DNA of 64,000 nt from a virus. The stretch is taken from positions 1-64,000 of the IMG/VR virus record IMGVR_UViG_3300020390_000002. One strand, given 5' to 3'. The notes under the pieces were generated by a model. The model saw nothing but the letters and a program-made list of their open reading frames with translations. It did not search any database and was not told the origin of the DNA. Made by a program: the position numbers and the translations under genes. Numbering within the stretch: the first letter of the stretch is position 1; each line of letters starts with the position of its first letter. Shown in pieces: positions 48,245-58,488 of the stretch.

Positions 48245-48754
48245 TTAGGCGTCCTCTTCCTCGGGATACGCAGCCTTCTCGGCGGCTTCCGGATCGAAGT
48301 CGGCGAGCTTGCCTTCGTAGAGCACGCGGTCGTCGCCGGAATAGCCGACCTTTTCGACGCGCAGCATCAGCGGGCCGTAGGTGGCGAAGAATCCTTCACC
48401 CTCGCCCTCACCCGGATAGAGGCGATAGATGTAGTCCTCGCCGCAGTCCGAGCTACCGGCCGGATACACGTAGACATTGCCGACGCTCGGCGAGGCGGGG
48501 TTGTTCTTGTAGTCGGAGTCGTGCATGCCGCCGAACTTGAGAAAGGCGATCAGCTGCGCGGCCAGACAGCCCATGCCGTTGGCCACAGGGTTGTCCGAGA
48601 TGCCGAAGCCGTTGACGATCTCGTGCTTGCCGAAGCTGTCGAGCAGTTCCTGCCCGTGTCCGGTCGGGTAGCCATCGAACTGTCGATAGATAGTGACGAG
48701 CGGCCGATTGTCGCCCTTCTGTTCGTAGACGTGCGTGAGTGATCGTGTGCCCAT
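48245..48754 (-). CDS. Hypothetical phage protein
   Basis: MGTRS...YRQFDGYP.G.G. Confidence 0.75.
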   Translation of the reverse strand: MGTRSLTHVYEQKGDNRPLVTIYRQFDGYPTGHGQELLDSFGKHEIVNGFGISDNPVANGMGCLAAQLIAFLKFGGMHDSDYKNNPASPSVGNVYVYPAGSSDCGEDYIYRLYPGEGEGEGFFATYGPLMLRVEKVGYSGDDRVLYEGKLADFDPEAAEKAAYPEEEDA

Positions 48755-48939
48755 ACTGATGTCCTCCTGTGTTTTGCGTGCTCTTATAGTATGTAAGTCA
48801 CTGTTGACTTAGCATCTTTCGGCGGATATTCGCCTGAACTGAAAAGGAGGGGCGCCGTAGCGCCCCTAATGGTTGAATCTCGCTGTGCCCTTTGATCCAG
48901 CGTTAAGTCAATACTGACTTACTTTCTGGAAGAAAGCAA

Positions 48940-51285
48940 TCACTGGCAAGAGGTGCAGTCCGGGCCGTTTTCGATCGAACAGACCAGCGCGTCGAGCGGT
49001 TCGGAGCTGTTGTTGACGACGCTGACCGTAACCGGCGCGACGCCCTGCTCGTCGACCTTCACGCGGTAATCGCTAGCAGCGAGCCCAGCGGGGGCCATCA
49101 CCTCGACGACCGGCTTGATCTCGCCGATGACCTTGTGGTCCACGTCGTTGATCTGATTGCGCAGGTAGTAAGTCGTCTTGACGCCGAGACGCCAGGCAGT
49201 GCGATACCAATCGTCCAGCTCGCGCCCGAGGGTGCCGAACTTGGCGAACAGGTTCAGGCTCTGGGCCTGGTCGATCCACTTCTGACGCACGGCCGCGGCA
49301 CGGATCAGCCACTTCTGGTCGATCTCGAACACCGTCTTGATCTGGTCGGCAGACAGATACTTGAACGTGGGGTCGAGCACCTTGAACAGGCCGGAGGTCT
49401 GCTCGAAGTTGCCTACCCGCTCGAACGCCGGCTCGATGCAGGGGCTGCAGCCGGTGATGTGGCTGATCGTGGCGGTCGGGGCGATCGCCATGACGTTGGA
49501 GTTGCGCATGCCGTGGCGCTTGATGCGCTCACGCAGGCCGTCCCAGTCCACGCGACCGCCGCGCCCTGACCAGGCCGCCGGCAGCTTGCGGGCCGTATCG
49601 ATAGGCAGCAGTCCCCGATCCCACTTCGAGCCGTCGTAGCTCTCGTAGGTGCCGCGGTCGGCTGCCAGATCGCAGCTGGCGCTGATCGCCCAGTAGCTCC
49701 ACTGCTCGAAGAACTCGTCGGTCAGGCGCAGATGCTCCTCGCTCTCCCAGTCCACGCCCATGCGGGCCACGTATTCGTTCCATCCCATCAGGCCCAGGCC
49801 GATCGGGCGATGGCGCATATTGGAGTAGCGCGCCTTTTCGGACGGGTAGAAGTTCAGGTCGATCACGTTGTCGAGCATGCGCACCGCAACGGTGATGACG
49901 CGGCGCAGCTGGGCCGGGCCGATGCGGCCCACGTTCACGCTACCCAGGTTGCAGACTGCGGTTTCGTCGTCGGAGGTGTTGAGGGTGATCTCGGTGCAGA
50001 GGTTGGAGTTGTGGACCGTGCCGACGTGGTCCTGCGGGCTGCGGCGGTTGCACTCGTCCTTGAAGGTGATCCAGGGCGCGCCGGATTCCGCGAGCGAGGT
50101 GATGATCTTGCGCCACAGCGTGTTCGCATCAACCTTGCGGACAGCCCCACCCTCTGCTTCGGCGGCCTCGTAGGCGGCCTTGAACTCGTCGCCGTACAGC
50201 TCGTGCAGCTCGGGGTATTCGGCGGACGAGAACAGCGACCACTCGCCGCCGGCCTCGAGGCGCTCCATGAACAAGTCGTTCATCCACAGGGCCGGGAAGA
50301 TTTCGCGGGCACGCATGCGGTCGTCGCCGGCGTTCTTCTTGAGGTCGATGAACGCCTCGACGTCGGCATGCCAGGGCTCAAGGTAGGCCGCGAAGGCGCC
50401 GTTGCGCTTGCCGCCCTGATTGACGGCCACGGCCGTATCGTTGAACACCTTCAGGTAGGGCACCACGCCGGACGACTTGCCGCGCGTGCCCTGGATCAGA
50501 TCCCCGGACGGGCGAACGCGCGTCCAGTCCGTGCCGATGCCGCCCGCCCACTTCGACAGGTGCGCGCACTCGGTGATCGTGCCGTAGATCCCCTCGATCG
50601 AGTCGTCGACCGTATTCAGGTAGCAGCTCGACATCTGGCTGTGGTTTGTGCCGCTGTTGAACAGCGTCGGCGTGGAGCTGACGAACTCGAACTGGGACAG
50701 CACGTCATAGAACTGAATGGCCCAGAAGGTGCGCGCGGACTCATGTTCGTTGAGCGCCAGGCCGAGCGCGACGCGCATCCAGAAGTGCTGCGGCATCTCC
50801 ATCACGGTGCCCTTGGAGCCGCGCTTGCCCTCGCGACGGATCAGGTAGCGGTCATAGACCGTCTGCATGCCGCGGTAGTCGAACAGCATGTCGCGGTCGG
50901 GATCGATCGCCTTGTCGATCGCCTCGAGATCGAAGCTGAGCAGGTCGTAGTTCAGCGCCCCCTGAGCCACGCCCTCTTCGATGTATTCACGCAGCGGCCG
51001 GTAGCTGACTTCGCCGCCGGTGGCCTCCTTGTAGGTGCGCTGCATGAGCAGGCGCGCGGCCACGAACGTGTAGTCGGGGTTGTTGACGGTGACCGCTTCC
51101 GCCGCGGCCTTGATCAGAAGATCCTGCATCTGTTGGGTCGACACGCCGTCGTAGAAGGCGATGCCGCTGTTGTCGATGACCAGCTGGGGGTTCACGTCGA
51201 GTCCGGCGCACGCCCAGCGCACGCACTTCTCGATCTTTTCGGGACAAAGGGGCTCTTTCGAGCCATCACGCTTGATGACTTCCAT
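48940..51285 (-). CDS. nrdA: Ribonucleotide reductase class Ia alpha subunit with ATP cone
   Basis: VIKRDG, STPTLFN, SSCY, SNLCTEI, CNLGS, APTAT, KTTYYLR, terminal CTSCQ. Confidence 0.97.
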   Translation of the reverse strand: MEVIKRDGSKEPLCPEKIEKCVRWACAGLDVNPQLVIDNSGIAFYDGVSTQQMQDLLIKAAAEAVTVNNPDYTFVAARLLMQRTYKEATGGEVSYRPLREYIEEGVAQGALNYDLLSFDLEAIDKAIDPDRDMLFDYRGMQTVYDRYLIRREGKRGSKGTVMEMPQHFWMRVALGLALNEHESARTFWAIQFYDVLSQFEFVSSTPTLFNSGTNHSQMSSCYLNTVDDSIEGIYGTITECAHLSKWAGGIGTDWTRVRPSGDLIQGTRGKSSGVVPYLKVFNDTAVAVNQGGKRNGAFAAYLEPWHADVEAFIDLKKNAGDDRMRAREIFPALWMNDLFMERLEAGGEWSLFSSAEYPELHELYGDEFKAAYEAAEAEGGAVRKVDANTLWRKIITSLAESGAPWITFKDECNRRSPQDHVGTVHNSNLCTEITLNTSDDETAVCNLGSVNVGRIGPAQLRRVITVAVRMLDNVIDLNFYPSEKARYSNMRHRPIGLGLMGWNEYVARMGVDWESEEHLRLTDEFFEQWSYWAISASCDLAADRGTYESYDGSKWDRGLLPIDTARKLPAAWSGRGGRVDWDGLRERIKRHGMRNSNVMAIAPTATISHITGCSPCIEPAFERVGNFEQTSGLFKVLDPTFKYLSADQIKTVFEIDQKWLIRAAAVRQKWIDQAQSLNLFAKFGTLGRELDDWYRTAWRLGVKTTYYLRNQINDVDHKVIGEIKPVVEVMAPAGLAASDYRVKVDEQGVAPVTVSVVNNSSEPLDALVCSIENGPDCTSCQ

Positions 51286-51362
51286 TGGGTCTCCTGTGTG
51301 GGATTAGGGGGTTCGAATCCGGCGGGGCCGGGATTATAGCATAGTCAGCGCTGACTTATTTT

Positions 51363-51782
51363 CTACCAACTTCCGCGCAGCGGATCGTCGGCGGGCGCCG
51401 CTTCCACGCCCAGCTCCTCGTCGAGGGTCAGCTCACGCTCGGGTGGCACGTTGATCTTGCGGGGCGGTATGCGCTCTGCAGGCAGCAGCAAGCTGGGTAT
51501 TTCGCGGGCCGTGTAGACGCAGCCCTGCTTCGGCGATCGGGTGCAGCTGTTTCGCATGCTGAAGACGCGGTCGAAGGTCGCGTTGCCTTCCTCCTCGAAC
51601 CGGATCGACCGATACGGGCACCCTGCGCACGACGGGTGCATCTCGGCCTCGCAGCCGCGAGTCAGCTCCTCCTGAGCCCACGCCTCTATGCGCCCGGTGG
51701 GCATCATTTCAGCCATGTGGCGGTCGAGGGAGATGTAGTTCTTCATGACCCGGCCGATCAGCTGCTCGCGAATGTCACTCAT
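51363..51782 (-). CDS. Hypothetical protein with C-terminal RGSW
   Basis: ATG overlaps ruvC stop. Confidence 0.65.
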   Translation of the reverse strand: MSDIREQLIGRVMKNYISLDRHMAEMMPTGRIEAWAQEELTRGCEAEMHPSCAGCPYRSIRFEEEGNATFDRVFSMRNSCTRSPKQGCVYTAREIPSLLLPAERIPPRKINVPPERELTLDEELGVEAAPADDPLRGSW

Positions 51783-52366
51783 GCGTTGACAGCCACCGCA
51801 CGGATCATGCTGCGCATCATGGCGACGGCCTGGGCATACTGGGCAGTCCGGATGCCGGCATAGATCACCGCGACCGCATCGGCCAGGTGCTCGTTGTCGT
51901 TCATCAGCACCTGCTTGCCTTTGAGCTTGCGCACCAGCCAGGGGGCCGACGGGTGCAGTTCGGTCGCCCAGCTGATCATCTCCTCCTTGCTGGCGGTCTT
52001 TTTGCCGACGGAAGCCAGCTTGACCTCTTTCTGATCGACCTCGATCAGCGGGATCGGCAACGTGGCCAGCAGCCCGGTCGCGATGCCGAAGGCGCGCGCG
52101 GTCGAAGCGCTCTGGCCGCCGGTAGGCACTTCCGCGATCGCCAGGTGACACTGGGCGCAAGCAGCATTGAGCGCGCCGTGTATCTGTCGAGCGCGCTGCA
52201 GGTTGTCCGACGACGCCCGCACCTGCTTGCTCTTGGTCTTTGCGGTCTTCACCAGATCCATCTGACGGATCACGACCGCACCGTCATGCAGATCGACGTC
52301 GGCGAACACGAGACCCACGTTGGCCAGTGCCATGTCGATGCCGACCACCTTTATGATTTCGCTCAT
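51779..52366 (-). CDS. RuvC-like Holliday junction resolvase
   Basis: VGIDMA, IAEVP, ASKEEM, EHLADAV. Confidence 0.85.
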   Translation of the reverse strand: MSEIIKVVGIDMALANVGLVFADVDLHDGAVVIRQMDLVKTAKTKSKQVRASSDNLQRARQIHGALNAACAQCHLAIAEVPTGGQSASTARAFGIATGLLATLPIPLIEVDQKEVKLASVGKKTASKEEMISWATELHPSAPWLVRKLKGKQVLMNDNEHLADAVAVIYAGIRTAQYAQAVAMMRSMIRAVAVNA

Positions 52367-52374
52367 GTTTACTC

Positions 52375-52719
52375 CTAGTTCCAGCTGCCGCGCAGCGTGT
52401 CCGTTTCGCTCAGGTCGGCGTCTATCGTCGTCAGCTCCATGACCCGCGCCTCGAGCGCCTCGAGTGCTTCAAGGCGTCGCTCCAGGCGCTCCAGGCGCTG
52501 GGCGATACCGGGGATCTCGCCGTCGAACTCGACCCTGTCCAGACGGCGCTCGATCATTTCGCGGCGCGTGGTTTCGGCCGAGAGGTCCCCGGACAGCAGG
52601 CTGCTATCGCAAATCAGCCGGTCGACCTCGATACGCATCTGGCCCGAGTTGTGTTCCCAGTCGGTGAGGCGCGTGTTGATCGCGATCACCGCGTCACGTA
52701 ATTCATCGAAGTTGTTCAT
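52375..52719 (-). CDS. Hypothetical coiled-coil protein ending RGSWN
   Basis: GGAG RBS. Confidence 0.65.
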   Translation of the reverse strand: MNNFDELRDAVIAINTRLTDWEHNSGQMRIEVDRLICDSSLLSGDLSAETTRREMIERRLDRVEFDGEIPGIAQRLERLERRLEALEALEARVMELTTIDADLSETDTLRGSWN

Positions 52720-53129
52720 GACCAGCTCCCCCACAGTTGGGCGGGGCTTTCTTCCTCGATGCCCAGCTCCTCGTCGAGGGTCAGCTCGCGACCTGCCGGC
52801 GCGTCGACCTCGTCGCGCGCCACCAGGTTGGGCTCCAGACCCCGGATGAGTGGCTCCAGAACAGCGGCACTCAAAAGGCTCTTCTCTGCCCGTCTCGCCG
52901 GGAGCCGGGCGGCCATCTCTTCCGCGAGCCGAGAGGTCATCCCTTCCGCTTCGCGCGCCTCGATTTCACTCGCAGTAAAGCTCTTGGGTTCAATCAGGCT
53001 CGAGCGGAGGCGCGGAGTGCCGGTGAGCAGGCTTCCGGTGGACACTGGCGTGTTGTATTCCCGTGCCCAATCGATCCAGACCCGTGATGCCGATTCCCGG
53101 ATGATGCTGTCGTATTCTTCGTTGTCCAT
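52716..53129 (-). CDS. Hypothetical protein ending WGSWS
   Basis: TAATG coupled. Confidence 0.6.
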   Translation of the reverse strand: MDNEEYDSIIRESASRVWIDWAREYNTPVSTGSLLTGTPRLRSSLIEPKSFTASEIEAREAEGMTSRLAEEMAARLPARRAEKSLLSAAVLEPLIRGLEPNLVARDEVDAPAGRELTLDEELGIEEESPAQLWGSWS

Positions 53130-53536
53130 TACCAGCTCGCCCACAGGGGATTCCTGGCCACTCGATCAGCCATTGCTGCATTCGCGGTTGCGTCGATCGG
53201 CGGCACGTTCGAGTTGCCCTCGAGGTCCGCCTCCTCGATCACGGCCAGATAGTCGGCAAACCCTTTCAGCAAGCCCCTGGCGACGTCCAGCGTCATTTCC
53301 ATGTGCCGACGCCCCGGGTCATCGCTGTGCGAAAAGATGAAAACTAGACCGCCGCGCTTGCCGACGTAGCACTCGGTCAGCGTGAAGCGATCACCGCGAA
53401 CCATCGACACCTTGAGGAACTTGCCGTTTATCTTGGCGGTGACCTTCGCGGTCGTATTCAGCTGCCAGGAAGGCGCAGCGCCGCCATTCTCTTCGAACAT
53501 GCGCCGTCTCAGGCGCGTGGCATAGGCTTGATCCAT
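53129..53536 (-). CDS. Hypothetical protein ending WASW
   Basis: TGATG coupled to sbcC. Confidence 0.7.
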   Translation of the reverse strand: MDQAYATRLRRRMFEENGGAAPSWQLNTTAKVTAKINGKFLKVSMVRGDRFTLTECYVGKRGGLVFIFSHSDDPGRRHMEMTLDVARGLLKGFADYLAVIEEADLEGNSNVPPIDATANAAMADRVARNPLWASW

Positions 53537-55470
53537 CAGGCAGCGTCCTCCACCAGGGTCGAATAGCCGCCCTCTTTCACCAGCGTCATCGACGTGCGAA
53601 TCCAGTCGCGCAACGGGTTGTGTGACACCACGATCACCGTGCCCTTCTCGCGCGCCTTCTCCTCCAGCACCGCCATCAGGCGCTCGAGGCCCGCCGCGTC
53701 CAGTGCGTCGTCGATCTCGTCGGCGATATACAGGCCGATCGGCTTCTCGGCGCGCGAGGCCACGAGGTCCTGCAGGGCCATTGACGTGGCCAGCCGGACC
53801 TTGCGCTTCTCGCCGCCCGACAGGCTGCGGAAGGACTCCGCGGCCGTCGTGGAGGTGGCCGCGATATGGAACTTCTCGCGCGCCTCACCCTTCGACGTCT
53901 CGCCGATGGTCGACCACACGGCTGACAGATTGCCGTCGGACAGCACGCCCAGGTAATGCGCAGTGCGGTCATTCAAAAACGGGGTGACCTCGTCGAGAAT
54001 GTAGCCGCGCACACCCGCCGGCGAGAACACGTCGCAGGCGGCCTCCATCGGCTTCATAGCCTGCTTCTGATCGATAAGCCGGCGCGTGACGGCCACCAGC
54101 TCGCTCTTCGCTCCATCGGCGCGCTCACGTGCTTTGACCAGCATGGCCGTATACGGGTTGACCTCGTCCTGCGCGGTGGCCAGATTGGCCTCGCAGGTAT
54201 CCTTGATCTCGCCGGCGCGCGTGATGCGATTGCCGGCATCGCGGTGCTTCTGAATCTCGGCGTCGACGCGGTCGCGCGCATCGAGCATCTTGCTGATGTC
54301 CGTCATGGAAGACTCGTAATCGGTGACGCGCTGCGCTGCGATCTGAGCGCGTTTCTCCGCTTCCGAATACGCTGATAGCGCTTTGTCCGCGTTCTCCTGC
54401 TCACGCGCGAGCTGCGCGCTGATGCGGGCCTTTTGATCGGCCACATCATCCTCGCAATACAGCTTTCCGCACTCACCGCAGGGCTTGCCGGGGATCTGTT
54501 CGACCCGGTCGAGCGCACCCTGACTGGCCTTGACGGCATTGCGCGCAGTGTTCAGCGCGTTCAGCGCCGTGTTCTGCTGGTTGATCAGATTGCCCTGCTC
54601 GGCCAGCAGTCGATTGTGTTCGACCTTCTCGCCCGACACGCCGTTGATTCTGTCGCCCACCTTCGCCCGCATGTCGTTGAGCTTGGTAAGCGGGGTCAGG
54701 CGCCCGGCGTCGGCCTGGGCGGCCTTGAGTGAAGCGACGGCCTCGTCCAGCGCCTTCTGCGCCGTCTCGATCTTGGTCGCCTGGGTGCCGCCCCAGCCGG
54801 CCTCGTTGGTGGTCAGCTCGTCTACGCGGCGCTTGGCGTCGTCGAAAACCTGGCGCTTGGCATCCTGGTCACGCACCAGCGATTCGATCTCCTTTTCCAG
54901 CGCGCCGCGCCGGGTGCGCGCCTCGACATAGGCACGCTCGAGCACGGTCACGCCCGCCGCTTCCTCGACAATCGCCTTTAGTTCGCGATCGGTCATGCCC
55001 GGCAGGTCCGGCATCTTCTCCTGGCCGGAGTAGATCGCGGCATTGAATACGTCCACCGGCGCGCCGATCAGCCGCTCGACCATTTCCTGGGTGAGCTTGT
55101 TCGTGCCCTTCGTGACGTCGACGCCGTTGTGATAGACCCACAGCTTGGACTTGAGGGTCTTGTGCTTGCGTCCGCGGCTCACGACCCAGTCGCTGCCATC
55201 CGCAGGATCGGTCAGGCCGATGGTCACGGAGCAGCCCTTGCCGGCAGTGCGATTGATGACCTCGTCGCCGGAGTCGCCTTTGGCCGTGATGCCGTAGAGG
55301 CACCAGGACAGCGCGTCCGGCAGGCTGGACTTGCCGGCACCGTTGGAATCGGCCGAGCTGTCGTCCAGATTCTTGCCCTGCAGCAGCAGCAGCCCGAGCG
55401 AATCGAGGCTGTTCAGGTTGGCCCGGCCGATCGCGCCGAAGTTTTCAAGATGAATGGACTGGAACTTCAT
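53536..55470 (-). CDS. sbcC: SbcC/Rad50-like ATPase
   Basis: NGAGKS, CGECG zinc hook, LSGGEK, ADEID, VSH. Confidence 0.93.
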   Translation of the reverse strand: MKFQSIHLENFGAIGRANLNSLDSLGLLLLQGKNLDDSSADSNGAGKSSLPDALSWCLYGITAKGDSGDEVINRTAGKGCSVTIGLTDPADGSDWVVSRGRKHKTLKSKLWVYHNGVDVTKGTNKLTQEMVERLIGAPVDVFNAAIYSGQEKMPDLPGMTDRELKAIVEEAAGVTVLERAYVEARTRRGALEKEIESLVRDQDAKRQVFDDAKRRVDELTTNEAGWGGTQATKIETAQKALDEAVASLKAAQADAGRLTPLTKLNDMRAKVGDRINGVSGEKVEHNRLLAEQGNLINQQNTALNALNTARNAVKASQGALDRVEQIPGKPCGECGKLYCEDDVADQKARISAQLAREQENADKALSAYSEAEKRAQIAAQRVTDYESSMTDISKMLDARDRVDAEIQKHRDAGNRITRAGEIKDTCEANLATAQDEVNPYTAMLVKARERADGAKSELVAVTRRLIDQKQAMKPMEAACDVFSPAGVRGYILDEVTPFLNDRTAHYLGVLSDGNLSAVWSTIGETSKGEAREKFHIAATSTTAAESFRSLSGGEKRKVRLATSMALQDLVASRAEKPIGLYIADEIDDALDAAGLERLMAVLEEKAREKGTVIVVSHNPLRDWIRTSMTLVKEGGYSTLVEDAA

Positions 55471-56558
55471 TCGACGGCCTCCACGGTGGTCAAAATGTCG
55501 TCGCAGACCGTCTTGACGGCCTCCGGATCGTCGTATCCCTTCTCGTCGATGTACGCCGCAGTCGAGCCACGCAGCGTCTTGCCGGCGGTGACCGCCGCGC
55601 TACGGGTTGCAGCAGCCTTGCGGATGGGGATGACCGTGACGCCCAGCGCGCCGGCCTCCTTGAGCTGATTGCGCACGGTCTCGACGTCGGATTCGTTCTC
55701 GATCTCGACCTTCACGCGCACGAAGTGGCCATCGACCATCAGCTCGATGTCGTTGGGGTCGGTGTCGACCGTGATGTCCACGAACTGCGGCGCCTGGGTG
55801 CAGCGCCACTCGACCTTCTCCGGGTAGACCAGCAGGTGGCCCGCCTTCGTGTTCGGGTCGTTCCAGGTCTGGTGCGTGACCGCGCCGATGGAGTAGACGC
55901 CGTTACCGAAGTCGACATGATTGTGGTAGTGGCCGGCGAACACGCGCTTGAAGCCCAGTGCGGCCAGCTCGTCGGCCTCGAGACCGGAGTCCGGCAGGCC
56001 CTTGATCACGCCGTTGACCGGCGCATGGATGACGGCGTCGACTTGAGCGCAGTCACCGCCGCGTTCCGACAAGCCCTGCAGCCATTCCTGCATCGTCTTC
56101 ATAAGCTGCTGATGTGAACCATGCCAGGGGAAGAGCGCCACGTTCTGGTCGCAGTCGAGCTTGAAGCTGTTGCCGGCAGGATCGTTGACCATCGTCACAC
56201 CCACGCGCGTGAGCGCTTCGGCGGAATTGCTCAGCCGGAACGTGTCGTTGGTTTCCAGATCGTGGTTGCCGGGGATCGCGTAGATGTTCAGGTCGAACTG
56301 AGTTTTCAGTTCGGCGAACAGGTCGAGCGTGACGTTGAGCACCATCGGCGAGACCGAGCCGCGCACGTGAAAGATGTCGCCGCCGATCACCACGTCCCGG
56401 CCGCCGCGATCGATCAGCTCGCGACAGGCAAGCCGGATGTTTTCGCGGATACTCCACAGGCGCGAGTTGACGCCGTTCTCGTTGATGGTCGAGAACGCGG
56501 ACCACTCGTGCATGTGCAGGTCCGAGATCAGCAGATAGGGAACGCTACTTGCCGGCAT
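55467..56558 (-). CDS. sbcD: SbcD/Mre11-like nuclease
   Basis: SDLH, GDIFH, PGNHD, GHYH. Confidence 0.93.
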   Translation of the reverse strand: MPASSVPYLLISDLHMHEWSAFSTINENGVNSRLWSIRENIRLACRELIDRGGRDVVIGGDIFHVRGSVSPMVLNVTLDLFAELKTQFDLNIYAIPGNHDLETNDTFRLSNSAEALTRVGVTMVNDPAGNSFKLDCDQNVALFPWHGSHQQLMKTMQEWLQGLSERGGDCAQVDAVIHAPVNGVIKGLPDSGLEADELAALGFKRVFAGHYHNHVDFGNGVYSIGAVTHQTWNDPNTKAGHLLVYPEKVEWRCTQAPQFVDITVDTDPNDIELMVDGHFVRVKVEIENESDVETVRNQLKEAGALGVTVIPIRKAAATRSAAVTAGKTLRGSTAAYIDEKGYDDPEAVKTVCDDILTTVEAVE

Positions 56559-56793
56559 TCTTGGCCTCGTCAAGCTGGGCCTCGAGGTCTGCATCGGCGT
56601 TCTTGATGAGGTTCGACATCACCATGAAGCCCGTCGCGAGCATCGAGTTCCAGATCAGCAGGCAGATCGCGAGGATCGTGAACAGCCAGTTGGTGCCGAC
56701 CGCGAGCGCGGCGATCAGGGCGACCGACAGGACGAAGTGTCCGAGCGTGAGCAGTGGGTTGAGGGTGCATTTGACGCCTTTGAAATGGTGCAT
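56545..56793 (-). CDS. Two-TM membrane protein
   Basis: GAGGA RBS; hydrophobic. Confidence 0.65.
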   Translation of the reverse strand: MHHFKGVKCTLNPLLTLGHFVLSVALIAALAVGTNWLFTILAICLLIWNSMLATGFMVMSNLIKNADADLEAQLDEAKNAGK

Positions 56794-56828
56794 GTTCTGT
56801 CCTCTTGTTGTGTGCTGAGTCTCTGCTT

Positions 56829-56864
56829 ATGATAAGTCAGCGCTGAGTTATGTCAATAGACGGC
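56829..56864 (-). promoter_or_regulatory. Promoter with operator filling the spacer
   Basis: GCC-N5-TTGACA-N16-TATCAT; palindrome at 56833-56850. Confidence 0.85.
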
Positions 56865-57295
56865 TAGATTTTTATTTCGCCCTGCAGCAGCCGGAAGTGG
56901 ATCAGCGGCAGATACTTCTGATTCGCGCCGCCGCGACGCGAGTAGTCCGCGGACTTCACCTTGTGCGGATCATAGTAGTTGCTGATGTGGGTGAACCATT
57001 TGTCGCGACTGTTGCGCACCAGCACCACGATCCACTCGACGCCGCGCGCTCGTGCCATGCCGAGCGTCGAGACATCGAGCGCCCAGGTGGCGGTGCCCGC
57101 GCGCATGGCATCCGAGAGCGTCTTGCAGTCCGACCCCGCGCGGAAGATTTCGCGCGTGCTGCGATAGGCCACGTAGACCTGGCGGCCGGAGGGATGGAAG
57201 GTCACGAACGCACCGTAGAGCTTGCCCTTGTGCTTGAGCGGCTCGACCGTGCGGTCAGCGTTGGATTTCAGCATCGTGTATCGGCTCGGGGCCAT
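56864..57295 (-). CDS. Hypothetical protein
   Basis: GAGG RBS; basic. Confidence 0.7.
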   Translation of the reverse strand: MAPSRYTMLKSNADRTVEPLKHKGKLYGAFVTFHPSGRQVYVAYRSTREIFRAGSDCKTLSDAMRAGTATWALDVSTLGMARARGVEWIVVLVRNSRDKWFTHISNYYDPHKVKSADYSRRGGANQKYLPLIHFRLLQGEIKI

Positions 57296-57839
57296 CCTCG
57301 TAAGGGGTGAGATAAAGCGCCTGCAGCTGCAGGTCCTCCTTGTTCATGAACGCGCCGTAGGCTTTGCGCAGCACCGCATCGACATGGGCGACGGGATCTT
57401 CGGGCTTGTCGTGGAGCGCGCAGTGATTGAACTTCGCGTGCGCCAGCAGAATGGCGTTGTAGCCGCCGGCGAATACCTGCCGGGTGCGGGCGTAGCCGAA
57501 GATGTTGTCCGCCACGCTGTCGTAGAGCGCAACGGTGGTGCCCGTGCTCAGGCGCTCGGTCCAGGCGCGGCCAAGCCGCATCGTGTTGAAGGTCGTCTCC
57601 ATGCCGATCAGCGGCGGCCGGAAGGCCACCAGCGGTATGAACTTCTCGCACCAGCGCGTGCGTATCTGGACGAACGACGGTGCCGCTGCGAGCCTGCCGA
57701 CCGCGCACAGGGCAGCGCGCCCACAGCAGTCGCAGAGGTTCACGTCGCGCGCCTGCTCGGGCTGCGTCTCGATCGTGAATGCCCCGTTGGGGTGACGCTT
57801 GACCCGCTGGCTGAGCTTGTTGTCGAGGCCGGAGCTCAC
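57255..57839 (-). CDS. Hypothetical protein
   Basis: GTGA coupled; CDCC...FNTMRLG. Confidence 0.7.
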   Translation of the reverse strand: MSSGLDNKLSQRVKRHPNGAFTIETQPEQARDVNLCDCCGRAALCAVGRLAAAPSFVQIRTRWCEKFIPLVAFRPPLIGMETTFNTMRLGRAWTERLSTGTTVALYDSVADNIFGYARTRQVFAGGYNAILLAHAKFNHCALHDKPEDPVAHVDAVLRKAYGAFMNKEDLQLQALYLTPYEDGPEPIHDAEIQR

Positions 57840-58117
57840 GCCTCGTCTTCCTCGGCCGCGCACTTCTGACAGAGCCAGGTCTCGTCGTCGTCGTCGAGCG
57901 TCGCTTCTTCGGTCGGCACGTCGTCGTAACAGTCACCACAGACCTTGTGGTCCGCCGTGTTGATGTCTTCGAAGCTGACCCACTCCCAGGTCTGGACGTA
58001 AGCGCCGTACTCACACCCGAACGAGACGACGGCGTCCGCATCGGCTCCGGACGCGCATGCGTCGCGAACGCGCTCAACTATTTTCTTTTGATTTTCATCG
58101 TACTCGACGTCAGGCAT
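57836..58117 (-). CDS. Acidic zinc-finger protein
   Basis: GAYVQTWEWV, CGDC...CQKC. Confidence 0.7.
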   Translation of the reverse strand: MPDVEYDENQKKIVERVRDACASGADADAVVSFGCEYGAYVQTWEWVSFEDINTADHKVCGDCYDDVPTEEATLDDDDETWLCQKCAAEEDEA

Positions 58118-58254
58118 GCGTGTTCTCCATGTTTTCTGATATGAAAATGATATGCGCACAGAAGCGGCGAAGCACGCAATGGCGAAATGCCACGAGGAGA
58201 TTCGCCGCTGTCGCGCGGATAAACTCCGCTCAGGGTAAAAATCGAGGGAAAAAA

Positions 58255-58488
58255 ATGACGTTGGACGGAATAAAGGAGCGACTCGCATTCGCTCGGGTCG
58301 CAACGGGCCTGATTGTAGTGACGGACGCTTCAATAATTGGCGTGACCTTCAACTCCTGGGGCAACCCGGCGCGCGAGATCACGATCGCCTGGGGCGCGAC
58401 GAGCGCCATTGTCTTAACGGCGATGGCCGTGTGCGCTATCATCTACGCAACGCACCTGATTCGCCGCATGGAGGAAGATCATGCTTGA
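58255..58488 (+). CDS. Two-TM membrane protein on the opposite strand
   Basis: GAGG RBS; hydrophobic. Confidence 0.6.
   Translation: MTLDGIKERLAFARVATGLIVVTDASIIGVTFNSWGNPAREITIAWGATSAIVLTAMAVCAIIYATHLIRRMEEDHA

Noticed and set aside
51305-51330. GGTTCGAATCC T-loop-like sequence as a tRNA
   Set aside because: The T-stem does not pair and there is no acceptor or anticodon arm; it lies in the nrdA leader.
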